Shown here piece after piece: positions 1-12,468 of a DNA stretch of 64,000 nucleotides. The notes under the pieces are model-generated. The model saw only the letters and a list, made by a program, of their open reading frames with translations. It made no database searches and had not been told where the DNA came from. Position 1 is the stretch's first letter. Every line of letters begins with the position of its first letter. Location of the stretch: NCBI GenBank assembly GCA_038496445.1, contig JALMLS010000480.1, positions 124,001 through 188,000 on the forward strand, given 5' to 3'. Source of the DNA: Trichosphaerium sp. ATCC 40318. Its lineage: Eukaryota; Protista; Tubulinea. The translations under genes were made by a program, and so were the position numbers.

Positions 1-645
1 CTGGCGTCGATAGGCGATTTAGTATCGCTTGCAAGAAGAACAGAACACTCCGTTTAAAACGTACAGCAACTAGACTGCGATCGCTTTAATGATAGCGAAT
101 GAAATACAGTTGGGTTGATGCGAGAGAACAGTACGTATTAGTCCAGTTTGGTTCAGACGATCGTATGCGCCTAATCGCGCTATCAATGCTCGTTTTGATT
201 GTGCTGAGTTCCTAACACAGACCCAAACAACCCAAACCATAAAACCGCATGAAACTACAAGATAGAACTGTTCGACGCGCAGGGAAGTTAGTTTGAAAGC
301 AAGAAAGCGATCTCCGGCTATGCCTATCTTTTGCGATTTTCCTTTGTTCGAGCGTATTCGCGTCGATGGATGCGTTCAGTACGTGTTTATGTAGTTATCA
401 TAAAAAGCCACGTGAGGATTATTTACGTAAATACGTGTCAAATTATTACCGTTTGCGTTCCTTCGTTTCTCAGTTGTTTGTTTGTTGTGTTTCCTTGTGC
501 TTTTGGAACACTCGTATCGTACTAACATGATAGAGTGTAAGGAATCCACGTAGCTGTGAAAGGAGAAGGATTGAAGCACATTGGAACAAGCGAGATTTTT
601 TGTGACACAATAAAATAGGACAGATAACAAAGAAAGCAACGCTTT

Positions 646-3600
646 ATGGGGACATATTCTGTTATTTTCATTGCTCTACTTGTGTCTATAGTATCATCAA
701 GGCCTCTCGCATTTTTGCCAGGTATTGAGGATGGAAGTTTTGATCCCCCATTCTCAGGAGAGATAGCCATAGACGGTACGTTAAACTGAAGCAATTTTAG
801 TAAAAACAGCAAAGTGAGAACATTCTTTTGGTAACGTTCTTGCTTGATGGTGTTTACATTATGACACCAGACATGCTTTTGCGTAGATACACTACTCTTA
901 GGGTTTATATGTGGTAATGTAAGGTTTTGATTGTTTTATTTAGTGTTTTACATAAAAACCGACTCTGGCTCTACAACTGCTACGATAGCTGGCGACGAAT
1001 TTACTTGGCAAGGTATGCGAGATTTTTTTTCAGATAGTGATGTGTATTTACGTACTACCTTTTGGGTGTGACGTTATATATTTTGATTTCGGATAGTCAC
1101 GTGATAACAACCGTCACTTCGCCCAGTTGTAGTTTTATACCCATTTGTAGTAAAATTTTGTTCCTTTTTTTTTTTGTCCTAATTGAGTTTGTCCGCAAAT
1201 TGGGTTTGTTTTTGTGGGTACTAAATTATTAATTAGCATCACAGACGTTGGGTGGCGAAGAAAGAATGGGTGTACGCTAGATTTTTTATTATGTTGACAA
1301 GAAACACTGGTTATTTTTTTTGTTTTTGGTTAAAGGTCAAATTGTACTTGTTTTGTTATGAAACTGTGGTTTTCGAACCCGTGATGATAGTGTTACTGAT
1401 AAAAACATAGCTAGTTACATTTTTTGATGGGCTGGGCGATCGTAAGGCACGTCATATCCAGTAATTAAACCGTTTTGTTTTAACTTACGTCTTTTTATTA
1501 GCTCACTTACGAAGGTGTTGCTTGTACGCTATTTTTGTCTTTGTAGCTTAAAATATATCTCTAAAGATTTAAACTATAGCGCGCTGTGTTCCTTCCCCAA
1601 GTTTTGGACAATTGGACCCAGCCACTTTTGGTTGGAACTATGTTTGGTATATCAAGATTCTTTTTTTTTTTATCTCATTTTTACTAAGGGGAAAAGATGC
1701 TGGGACTGGTTCCTTCATATCGGCAAAAATGATCGTTCTAAATAGAGAAAATGGGTTCTTTGCTACTTTTGTTTATCTATCTCCCAACACTGGCCTTGGC
1801 TCCGATAATACATGGCATGAAGAAGATATAGATAGCACTACCAATGTACAAACAATTTTTTTAGCTTTTTTTTTCGAAGTCTCTTCTTTTTGTTCCAACC
1901 ACCACGTGTTTTTTTTTTTCGTTCTAAATAATATCAAAAGTAGTTTATATCGTTATTCAAAGCATTTTTTGTCAGTTACGGTTTTTGGTGCAACCAGAAA
2001 TGAGGTATTTAGAAAAAAGTTTTCGGCGTACTTTTTTTTTTGCGTGTTTTTTTTCCTCTTTTGCCTCACTCCTTATGTAGCAATGGACGATAGCGAACGT
2101 TTTTTGGTTTGGCGCCCTGGGTGATATAACAGATGATGCGACTTCTAGTATAAACTTTATCAATGACAATGGTGATATTGGCACCTTAAACACCGGAATG
2201 ATGGAGTTGTTTGCCACCTTTGCAACCCCACCTGCCCTACCCTCATTTACTGGCTGGGGTGACACAAATGGGCGCCCTAGATCACTTGATGTGAGTTTTA
2301 ATGCATTTTGTACTCTGAGAGCGAGATCATTCATACGCCTTGTTCGAATTGTCTTGATTTTTTTTTTTTCAGCTGTTATTTTTCTACTGGTACCCTTTTT
2401 ATTACTGTAATAATTTTGATTTGTAGCAATGGTTTAATCCCACCACCGATATTTCTCCTGATTATTTGAGTGGATCACCAACGGTTAATCCCTTTTATTA
2501 TGCTCTTACAAATGATGACTCAAGTTTTCCTGAGGTATGTCAGTAGACAACTGCATGATGGGATCGGACACGTGTCACTTTTTTTTTCTTGTTTTTATTT
2601 ATACTAAACTATTTTCTGTTCTTTACAGGTTTTTTTAATTCAATTTGGTATTGGTACAAGGTACGCAGAAGCTCATTTTTGTCAAACTAAAATTTTTTTT
2701 TTTTTTTTTCCTTCTTTCGAAGAACTGTATTGACTTCGTTTTATAGTGCCGGTGTAAAAAGGGCCTGGTTAGATGAAACTACATTAACATTAGGGGGTAG
2801 AGTGGTGTATGTTATATTATCATTCTTGTGATGCACGTTGAAGTACAAATGAGCTAATTTGTTTTTTTTTGTTTAGTCAACAGTCAGATTTTGACACAAT
2901 GGGACCATCTCCTTCTTCTACGGCTGAAGAGATTGATAGGTGTAGAGGAACATGTACAATCCCACGTATGGCTAAACGTGAATACAACAATATCAAGGGA
3001 TTTAGAAATCAAAAGTGTATCCTTCTTTTCTTTCTTTTTTTTAAATGTCTTATCTTGCAATGCGTACCTTGTAGTTTTTACCTTGACACATCAAAGTATC
3101 GATGGAAGGCAAACATAATGATATTTTGAACCTTGTGAGCGATGACCATTGTCAAGTTAACGCAAAGCTGGGTAAGACTGACGATTCTAAGTCAACACGT
3201 GTGACTCTACTTGGATTCAGTGTTGGTAAGTACATCTTTGTAACTCTCCTTTCTTTTTTGTTTCTTTTTGTTTGATACGTGATTATTGTTCTTACTTGGT
3301 TTCATAAAGGTGATGAGAAGATATTGGTTGGATGTGATGATAAACATGCGTCTGTTGTTCAACTCAACGGCAAACCGTTGGCATCAAAACAAAAGTTTTC
3401 ATCTTCTTCAGGATTCATTTCTCTCAATGAAGATGGTACAGTGACTGTTGCATTCCCATTGTACCAGTTCAAATTATCTATCGTTCAAGTTGGTACACCT
3501 TCATGTCATGTTGGGTTTAATATCAAACATTGGCATGGCGATCATGACTCTCCTCCACACGGTACGCATATTTGTCTATGAAGACTTAAAATGTCAACAA

Positions 3601-3928
3601 CAACTGGTCATCTGTTTTTTCTGTTATTTTAAACCATTGTCTCAGGTCTTCTTGGATTGACAGTCCACGACATTGGTACAAGTATTCAATCAAAGATGGA
3701 CGCACTTCTGAAAGATAATTTACATGATTTCCGTGTTTCTGGTATGTCTTGGATCCGTTTCGTTTCTCTTTTTTTTTTAACTCTGTTCTTAACCTCTTTT
3801 GTTTGTTAGACATGTTCTCATCTGACTTTAAACACAACCGATACAATGCAACATTGTCAAGTGCTTCTGATTTGAAAATGAATCAATACTTTGCAAAGAG
3901 AAGTGTTTTCATATCAGAGACCATCTAA
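646..3928 (+). CDS. Multi-exon secreted protein with C-terminal VWD-like (root-cap / ITI heavy-chain C-terminal type) domain
   Basis: Signal peptide MGTYSVIFIALLVSIVSS at 646. GT-AG exons join to IKGFRNQKVSMEGKHNDILNLVSDDHCQVNAKL...VTLLGFSVG...PPHGLLG, the GF.GQ/NLVSD/QVNA/HGLLG pattern of this domain class. Stop TAA 3926-3928. Some 5' exon junctions are uncertain. Confidence 0.65.
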
Positions 3929-4029
3929 TTAAATAAATTACAATATTTTTCCAATACATCTTTGTTTGTTTTTAATCACGTGCCTATACCCCCCTTATTG
4001 TAATCACTCTTGCCGATTCTTTCAATACC

Positions 4030-4880
4030 GCTAATATACACCAACAAAACAGCAGGGGTCCAACTGTAGTTCCCATTTCTCCAATAAATGCCTCAACTGA
4101 TGCTCCAACAACTTCACCAACAGTACTGTTAGCACATACAACAGCAATCCTGTCCAACCAACTAGTCACCAGCCTATGTGCATCTTTAGGATTCTTTATC
4201 GTCTGGGCCACAATCGCAATTGCAAGTGCAACAGATGTTCTGGTAGCTAGCATTACAGGTGTTGTTATTTTTTTTATGTACATCAAGCAGATTCATTTAT
4301 ATACACGCACTTGGTAAACTGCGATAGTACAAGGTGGTGCTTTTTTTAATTTACTTGATGGCTCATTTGAAGCAAACAACCCAGACTTCATAGTATCTGA
4401 TAGTTCAACGGAGTATATATAGCCCCAGTTAGTAGTTATTCAATTGAACTAAACATAAATTCAACATCACAACCTTCACAATGATTGAAAATGAACCTAG
4501 GAATCTTTGACTTAATATTTACTTGTGTGATGGATAATGCTATTATTACAGGTACGTTTTCCTGCATCTAAGTTAGTTTATCGCCTCCTCTTTAATTTGA
4601 TTTGTTAGGGTTATATCTAAAGTCGTCTGACTTACTTGTTGTGCCGGCAGATATTACCTTCAATACTACAACATTCTCGTACGCAAACGGGTGACTTCAT
4701 TTCTGAATTTTTGTATGTGCCTATACCTCCTACCACGATAGCACCTACACTTCCTCCTACCACTCTTCCACCTACAACAATACCTCCTACCACACTATCT
4801 CCTACAATGCTGCCTCCTACCACGCTAGCTCCTACAACACTACCTCTTACCATGCTACTTGATATTGAAAACCACATAAA
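4030..4880 (+). pseudogene. Fragments of a Pro/Thr-rich (mucin-like stalk + TM) membrane-protein gene
   Basis: PTVVPISPINASTDAPTTSPT followed by a hydrophobic stretch (~4060-4290), and a PPTT-repeat block (4720-4860). No start/signal exon found; frames are interrupted. Confidence 0.4.
4724..4860 (+). repeat. Degenerate 15-bp tandem repeat encoding (L/I)PPTT
   Basis: About 8-9 units like cctcctaccacactt / cctcctaccacgcta / cctacaacactacct. Confidence 0.8.
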
Positions 4881-4997
4881 TAAAATAGTGGTTACAATAT
4901 GTAGTTTCTATTGGACCTTTTTATTCCTTCAGCTTTATGATGCATTGTTTTATGTATGGCAAAGGTGTATTAAAAATCAGGAGCAGAAATTGGCAAG

Positions 4998-7900
4998 TTA
5001 TTTTATGGAGTTGATTCGATAGACTACATTGATGTTGTTTTCGACATTCTCCGTGTTCATGAAAGCTTGTTTCATGAGTGAGATTTTGTGCACTTTGACA
5101 TGTGCTATGGTATTAGCTAACAACCAAGTTTTGTTCATTTGTGTGTTGTGAATTTCTTCATGTTATTGATGGAGTACTCTTCAAAATACCTCTTGGCTAC
5201 AAGTATTGTTGCATGTGCTAATAAAGGGCAATAAGTGAAATTGATTATTTTGTTATATAAAATACAGTATCGAACTAAAGTACTACAACACTTACGCTTC
5301 GGACTGTACTCATCTTCAAAGGAAAATGGCTTTATTTCTTTTGATATCTTGTACTGTTTCTTCCAGTTTGTAACTTCTTTTTCTTTTATGGGTTGTATTG
5401 TTAGTTCCTTGAATAGCAACAAACACCAAGTTAGTACAAAAAGAAACAAGTTTACGTCATACGTCAAAAAAGCCAAATGTGACGATTGGTTCAATCCGAG
5501 GTTTTTTTGGTATTGGTTCCATGCTTTGAACAGGAAGTGTTTGGAGTTGCTCATGTGGTTGAACTGGTTCCTGGAACCAAGCGGATCGCTCCAATGGATT
5601 GTTTTCCTTTAAAACACAATTAACAAATGTGCCATTCAACAAGATATATTTTGATGCACTGTCCAGTCCAACAAAGCTATAAATGTCTTGTTTATATATA
5701 TTGGTGGTAAAGTACCTTTGATATGTTCATATGGGCATTTGAAGGTGCAACAAGTTTGCTCAATGGGAAAGTCTTGAACCAAAGAGGTTTCCAATATTCG
5801 TTTTTAAAACAAACATTACGATAGTACTTGTTCACACTACCAAGTTGACATAGCCCATGTGCATCAAGATAATCCACAACATGGAGTCTTATCTCATATG
5901 GCATTTGTTCAAAAACCTGTAAAACAAAACAAATCAACAACCAACACCACAAGCAACAATTAAAAAAGTACTTACTGTAATCTTCAGTGATGAGTTGAAA
6001 CATTTAAGCCAGAAACAAAAGTTGTATCTTCCGCCAGATGTTATACGCTTTTTTGAGGGTTCTCTATGTCCTGGATAAACAATGGCATAGCATGGTCTTT
6101 GTTCAACAATAACATCAGAGTCATTGTCTCTTGGGAAGACCAATTCACCACCTTAAACAGTCAACCAAATGAGTCAAAAAAAAAGTACTAGGTCAAAATC
6201 AAAAGTACCTGTACATCCTGTAAAAGTTCCCAAACATATATTTACTGTATAGTCACTGGATTCAACATCAAGATTATGCAAATTAGTATTACGTTCATTA
6301 AAATACCGAATCGAAGCATCAGTGCCTTGCAATACTTCATGTTCTGAAAGACCATATAGAGTATGAATAATTTTACTAACAATATCACCACACACGCTCT
6401 AGAATAAGATTAAGCAAATGTTGTTTGAAATACAATTGCCAAATGGTACACGTGTACATACCTTAATAAAGTTTGAGAATCCATATTCCTTCAAAACCAG
6501 TTCATTTGTGAGTGGCAGAAAAGATTTGTTAATATTTAAAGTTTCACAACTCTTCACATTGTTTTCCTATTATTTCGAAGGTATATATATCTTTGTCGTA
6601 GATTTCCATCATATCTCTTGTTGGATAAACACCAGACTTAATAGAATCAAACACAGGACATTGACTCACATTGGCGGCGAAAAAATTAAGTAAATCTGGG
6701 GATAGTGGCTTGTAGATATTTTTCATGACGTTAAACTCATCAATTGCTGTATTTTCAAAGGTAGGGTCTTTAAGTCTAAGTAATGGTACTTTATCACGTC
6801 TTGGAAGCTTATCACGTGTTCCTATTTTTAAGTGAGTGAGCAAACATCAAGAAGCAGTGTTGAAAGTTTGAAATAAAATCAGTACCTGTTGGTTCAAAAG
6901 TCAGCACAACGAGTTTGTTCTTATTGTTGTTGTTTGATACTGTAATAAGCTTATTCTTAAATCCAACAAATGAAGTCAGCTGCACTTGTCTCCATATCCA
7001 GAATATTTCGGTTTGAGAAGTAGAGCAACAACACAAGTCGCCACCAAAATATCCTGAAAATCTATAGCCAATAGCTTCCGCTTGCCTGAGGTAAAAGCTT
7101 AGATTAAGTACTGCTGCTGTTCTATTACGTACTGTGCTGTTAGGAATATGCATGCGTCTTGATGAACATGCCATGAGCTTAAGCAGTAGCCAATAGGTTT
7201 ATTCCATGTTTTTTCGCACCTCTAGTAAGTTAGATATTGAACACTGAACATTGCAAAACCACGTAATACTACAACAAAAAAGTTACTTACGTGTTCTTCA
7301 ATAAACGGATATCCATCTCGCTCAACTATGACTTCATCGACTGACCTCATTTTACGAATGCTTGTAAAAGGTAATTCGACTGTTTCTGAAACAGTGTTCC
7401 CATTCACAAACTTTCGTACTGACTTAGGAATTGTTGAAAAACAAAGTCAATCGTACCTGTAGTTGGTGTCCAAACGGACCTCTTATCCAACATATAGAAT
7501 CAACACAATAGATCTCTCCACCGGCATATATATTTCTAGGAGGCGAATACATTAGGAAAATAAAGTTGGAGAGCAGGTAATGGAGGACGTGCAGATTAGA
7601 GGGTAAAAAGGAAAAAGTGTTCAAGTCGAAATACCAAATCTTTAATGTAGTCGATAAGATTAAGACATCATCAATGATGCCAGCACTTGTATAGAATAGA
7701 GTGCTGGCATCTTTGCCACGTGGGATCTATGTTAATATGTTAGTACGAAGCTATTTGTTAAAGATAGTACTTTAATGTCCTTGAAGTCGTATAATCTCAA
7801 ATCGAGTACTTTTGGATTACTATTACTGCTAAAAACTAAAGCGTCATCGTTCCAAAAAACAGCCATAGTTACAGGGGACTCCAAGGTTTCTTTGGTATTG

Positions 7901-8603
7901 AGAACGTCTTTTCTCTTCCTTGGATCGAAGTTGTAGTTTGTAAAGACATGTACACGCCTAAAACGAACAAACGTCAATAAAAAAAAAATATCACGTGACA
8001 TGGAAGGAAAATAAATCATACAAGGTCGAAATAACAGCCATAGATCCACCACTTGAAGAAAACACTATTTTAGTGTATTTCTCTTTGTTTGTTTTGTCTG
8101 GAATTGTTATGGTATTGATTGCTCTCCAATTATCATCTTTGGCATCAAAAATCGTTACAATAGATGATGTAGCATTGTCAACAGACTCTGAACTATTTGT
8201 TTTGTCTGACGTATTGTCGATAGATGTAGAATAAACCTTTTTGCCCTGAGTTACACAAGCAGCGTAGTTTTCGCAAAGACCTTGACCAGTAAGTACGTCT
8301 TAAAGTCATGTATAGAGCACCTATAGCATTGATGTTGTCATTTTCTGCTACTAATAGTTCTATTTGGCTAAACCTTCCTTCACGAAATGCCATCTGTTTT
8401 TTAACTGACTTCACTTGTACTCAGAGTTAAGTTGTTGTTTAAGTTATGAAGTGTTTGTGGAATGTTGTAATGTTTCTTTCACCAATACAATGCTAGTCAA
8501 AACACTTAGCATTGTACTACCATCGGTGTTGATGCTCAAGAGAAGAACGCAATAGCAGATTTAGACTTACTTAGAAAACAATACCATAGTCTACATTCAC
8601 CAT
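4998..8603 (-). CDS. Multi-exon protein: possible beta-propeller-like N-terminus + degenerate 2OG-Fe(II) oxygenase (OGFOD2/P4H-like) + F-box
   Basis: Spliced exons give RYFNERNTNLHNLDVESSDYTVNICLG...ELVFP...SGGRYNFCFWLK directly followed by F-box FEQMPYEIRLHVVDYLDAHGLCQLGSVNKYYRNVCFKNEYWK. Stop at 4998-5000. Start at 8603 is tentative. Confidence 0.7.
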
Positions 8604-8715
8604 TAACACGTGTAAGTCTCTGGTTGACAGAAAGAACTTTGTTGATTTTCAAGAAATGACTATTTGGTTAGGAAGATACTGATGTTTTTATTGATGTGGG
8701 TTTAAACTGAAGATT

Positions 8716-9004
8716 TCAAGCGGTTGGATCATCAGTAGGACCATTTCTGCATCTACGAATGCATACACGTGTTCTTTGTCTACAAACTGCATTGCTAACC
8801 TCATCATTTTCAATGCAAGCACGTCCTCTACGGATACAACGACGAGCACAAGGGCCACTCATTGGATCGCCAGTTGGATCAGGATCATCTTGAGCCTTGT
8901 TTTGCGAAGTTAGAGGATAAACAATAGTTGGACTTCGTGTAATGTACCATGCTAATGACAATTAGAGCAAGTAAAGCGAGGGCAAGGAGAGTAAGGTATT
9001 GCAT
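8716..9004 (-). CDS. Small secreted Arg-rich six-cysteine peptide
   Basis: Exon 1 MQYLTLLALALLALIVISM (signal peptide); GT-AG intron 8896-8947; exon 2 AQDDPDPTGDPMSGPCARRCIRRGRACIENDEVSNAVCRQRTRVCIRRCRNGPTDDPTA*. Confidence 0.8.
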
Positions 9005-10779
9005 GTTGAGGAGTTGTTGTCTGATATTGAGTGTTTTCGTTATGACTGTTTTTTCTCGTACATAAGCACTGTATCACAACTTGCTTATCGGCCGAAGATT
9101 GCGGCCAATGTATTTCACTGCTTCGATCGAATCTGTTGTCGTCACGTTCGCTAAACATCGCTACACTGCTGTCGCTTCTTCCAACACAACATTGTTTTGT
9201 ATGCGATGTCAGTACTGTAGCTAGCGCAAGTTAAGATGTGAACTATCAAAATGTTGCGTTGAACTAGCGGTGCTTTTACGTTGTCAATCAGGTATGTCTT
9301 TAAAAAAACACGATGTCAGCGACAACGTTAAAGTGTACTTTGATATTTCACAACTATTTTTCCGCAGCCCGCATGTTGTGAACACATTTTACTCAAACTA
9401 GCGCAAAAATGTTTCACTTGATGTTTTATTTTTAGAAGCTATAACCGACAAAGTTAAAAATGAAAATCAGCAACAAAAAGTAGCCCGTCTTACTGATTAC
9501 ACTGCTGTCTACTGATTTTGATTTAAAAAAGCTTGGTCACGTGTTTAAAAAAGACAGAAATGGGCAAGCACAGCCTTCAAACATACTTTTTTTTCTCTAC
9601 AATTGATACTGCGAGTACTTATTCTCAAGCCACCAGGATTGTGATACGACAAATAAATTGAGTTTCTAGTACATCCAGCGCTACCATAATACAGTAGGCA
9701 GCTATTACTGCCAGTGCAGATTGGCCCAAATAACCATTACCAAACATCCAGAGTGGGCATTTAACGGATAACAAAAAACACAAGCTTCTGATATTTAGGC
9801 ACGTAGGAGATCCATGCATGGCTACTTATATGCCTTTCAGAAGCACTGCAAGCGAGTTAAACAAGTAAACATGCTAAGGTTCAAAGGTGACCTGATAATC
9901 GCAATGGAAATGATGACAGTTTTTGAAGATATTTCTTTTAGCTCCAAATAGGCGACTTTAAGCATTAGGAACTGAATTGTGACAAAAACACTGAAATGAA
10001 CTAACTTATGGCACAAGATATAGTCAAATCAAGGTGTTATCGCATATCACCAGCTAGATATTGACCTAGCACCAGAAGTTGTACTTTGTGGAGGTCAGAA
10101 GACAGCACCGAGGTTTAATAAAGTTGAAACTAATCTTTGTTTCGTTGTATCATCAGTTGTATGGAAGCCAAATGTGATTGAAGTAGTTTGTTGATAAACC
10201 CAATTTAATAAACCTGAGTTGTCAAGGTCTTTGCGCAATCTACGGTGCTAGTGTCACACGACAACAAAGAACAACACCACATCTCTCAAAAGGTTTACAT
10301 CATCAACTTTAACGAGTACTCTTTCGATTATGAGGAATTTATCATACTAGAATGAACAAAAATTTGTTGGTATCTAACACAACAGCAAATACCAAAGCGC
10401 AACTGTCACTCATGAGCAATTCAATCAATGACACATTACGATAGAAAAAGTTTTTTAATGTAATGTAATTTGTACAAGAGATCAATCCAATATGGGATGG
10501 TCTCCTGCTACGTTGATCCAGTAGTTGCAGCCGAGTGAGATGGACTCTCCCCTTCAATATGGTAGTGTTGGACCAATCTAATGCTTTTAAAACACTCAAA
10601 ATACTTCGTCAATTTCTGCTTCTGAAGGCTAGTTGGTTATAGGCGGTTAAAATGTGCTCAATAGTTGGCACATTTAAAATCTAAGCGATTTTTTGGACAA
10701 GAACTGCAGTCAACTTAATTCAAATTGTGTTTAATGTGTTACTTAATTTAGACTGGCACTGTGATCACGTTGTATCAAA

Positions 10780-11793
10780 ATGAACAAAAACAGCGCATTC
10801 TTTGATGAGATACCTGTTGAAGTCATTGTTCATATTCTACAGTTTGTTTCTATTGTATCTATGCATTCTGTTGTACATACCTCTAAATTACTTTCAAATA
10901 TTGCAAAACAGCACATGGGATACGCTAACAGGAGAAAAATAGTAATAGAGGAGGGAAACATGCTCAAAAAGTTATTTAAGACATCGCCTCGTCTCATCAA
11001 AGAAAACACGATTACTATCAAGTTCCGTATTAAACAAAAGCATTTGAAGTACCTACAAGGAGCGTATGCCCTTGAAATACGTACAGAATTTGGTACAATT
11101 AACTTTACTGACTTTAAAGTTGCTGATGGGATAGACTTTCAATATTGTGATTCTGTTTCTAATAAACACCTTAAACAGCTCTCTGGGATTAGAAGAATAA
11201 ATCTAAGCAGTGATGGTAGAATGATAAGCTCGGGCTGTACTTCTTACCCTCGTAATTGGCGTTCAGGTGTTACAGATAAAGGAGTTAAAGCATTGGCTGG
11301 TGTTCATACAATAAACCTTTCTGATTTATTCAGTACAAGAATTACAGATAAAAGTATTAAAGCATTGGCTGGAGTTCATACTATTGGTTTACGTGGTACA
11401 AGAGTTACAGATGAAGGTGTTAAAGCATTGGCTGGAGTACACACTATTGATTTAAGTATTACAAGTGTTACAGATGAAGGTGTTAAACCATTGGCTGGAG
11501 TTCATACAATAAACTTGAGGTGTTGTTTCAAAGTTACAGATAAGGGTGTTAAAGCATTAGCTGGAGTTCATACTATTGACTTACATAGTACAAGAGTTAC
11601 AGATGAAGGTGTTAAAGCATTGGCAGGTGTTCATTGCATTGATTTACGCAGCACAAATGTTACCGATGATGGTATAAAAGCACTAGTGGGCGTGCACACA
11701 ATTATTCTTACTTACACAAACGTTACTGACGTGGGCGTAAGATTGCTGGGTAATGCTGTATCTAGTGGTGATCACATGTTAATAAGATTTTAA
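10780..11793 (+). CDS. Intronless F-box / leucine-rich-repeat protein, copy A (7 tandem LRRs of ~21 aa)
   Basis: F-box FDEIPVEVIVHILQFV...TSKLL; repeats VTDEGVKALAGVHTIDLxxTx; uninterrupted 337-aa ORF. Confidence 0.9.
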   Translation: MNKNSAFFDEIPVEVIVHILQFVSIVSMHSVVHTSKLLSNIAKQHMGYANRRKIVIEEGNMLKKLFKTSPRLIKENTITIKFRIKQKHLKYLQGAYALEIRTEFGTINFTDFKVADGIDFQYCDSVSNKHLKQLSGIRRINLSSDGRMISSGCTSYPRNWRSGVTDKGVKALAGVHTINLSDLFSTRITDKSIKALAGVHTIGLRGTRVTDEGVKALAGVHTIDLSITSVTDEGVKPLAGVHTINLRCCFKVTDKGVKALAGVHTIDLHSTRVTDEGVKALAGVHCIDLRSTNVTDDGIKALVGVHTIILTYTNVTDVGVRLLGNAVSSGDHMLIRF

Positions 11794-12468
11794 ATTGGCT
11801 GAGTTATTATAATGAATGAAGATGTGACATTGCAAGCGTTATAAAATCCTTTTTCTTTTTGTAAAAATTCTTTTTGTTTTTCCTATTTCTTTCAACAACA
11901 TTACATATCACACGAGTTTCTAAATGTAGAATAAATCCGCTTGTGTGCCTACACTAGAGCTACCAAAGACTGACCGTCTTTCCTCCCAGAGCGCCCTTGA
12001 TTGTCAACGTCAGTCCAACCGAACTATTATGCAATGACAAGGCGAATGTGCAGATATGTTGTTTTGTCGCATATAGTACAAGTTAACATATAACAAGTGA
12101 TAGTTGAAGGTGTAATGGTAACGTGATAATGTTTTAATCTACAACAAAATACCCAATTTTGGTGGTTGTACAATAATGGAGAAGCAAGCTCTTGTGTACA
12201 AGGCAGCTGGATGAAAACCATACATACGTTTTTTCTGTAAAGATTGGGTGAATGGTCACGTGATTGTCTTTAAGCTATTTATTTGAAATAGAGTGCAGAA
12301 CCTCTCGTGTTTATATATTGTCAACACTTAACATTAGTTTATCGTAGTGGTAGTAGAGTGACTCAGTGCGAGTCTTTATTTTAGCTTGATTTAGGCAAAG
12401 CTGGTACAAAGAAATTTCTCTGTATTTTTGATCAGTTAGGCTCAATAACACAACAAGGGAAGCACCTT

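Noticed and set aside
10040-10200. DLAPEVV kinase-like motif
   Set aside because: No other kinase subdomains and surrounded by stops.
11270-11740. 63-bp repeats with variable segments resembling a CRISPR array (also 43170-44030, 57504-57970)
   Set aside because: They are in-frame coding LRR units with synonymous variation; eukaryotic context and no cas genes.
11940-12225. Possible small minus-strand gene
   Set aside because: No consistent splice model or recognisable domain.
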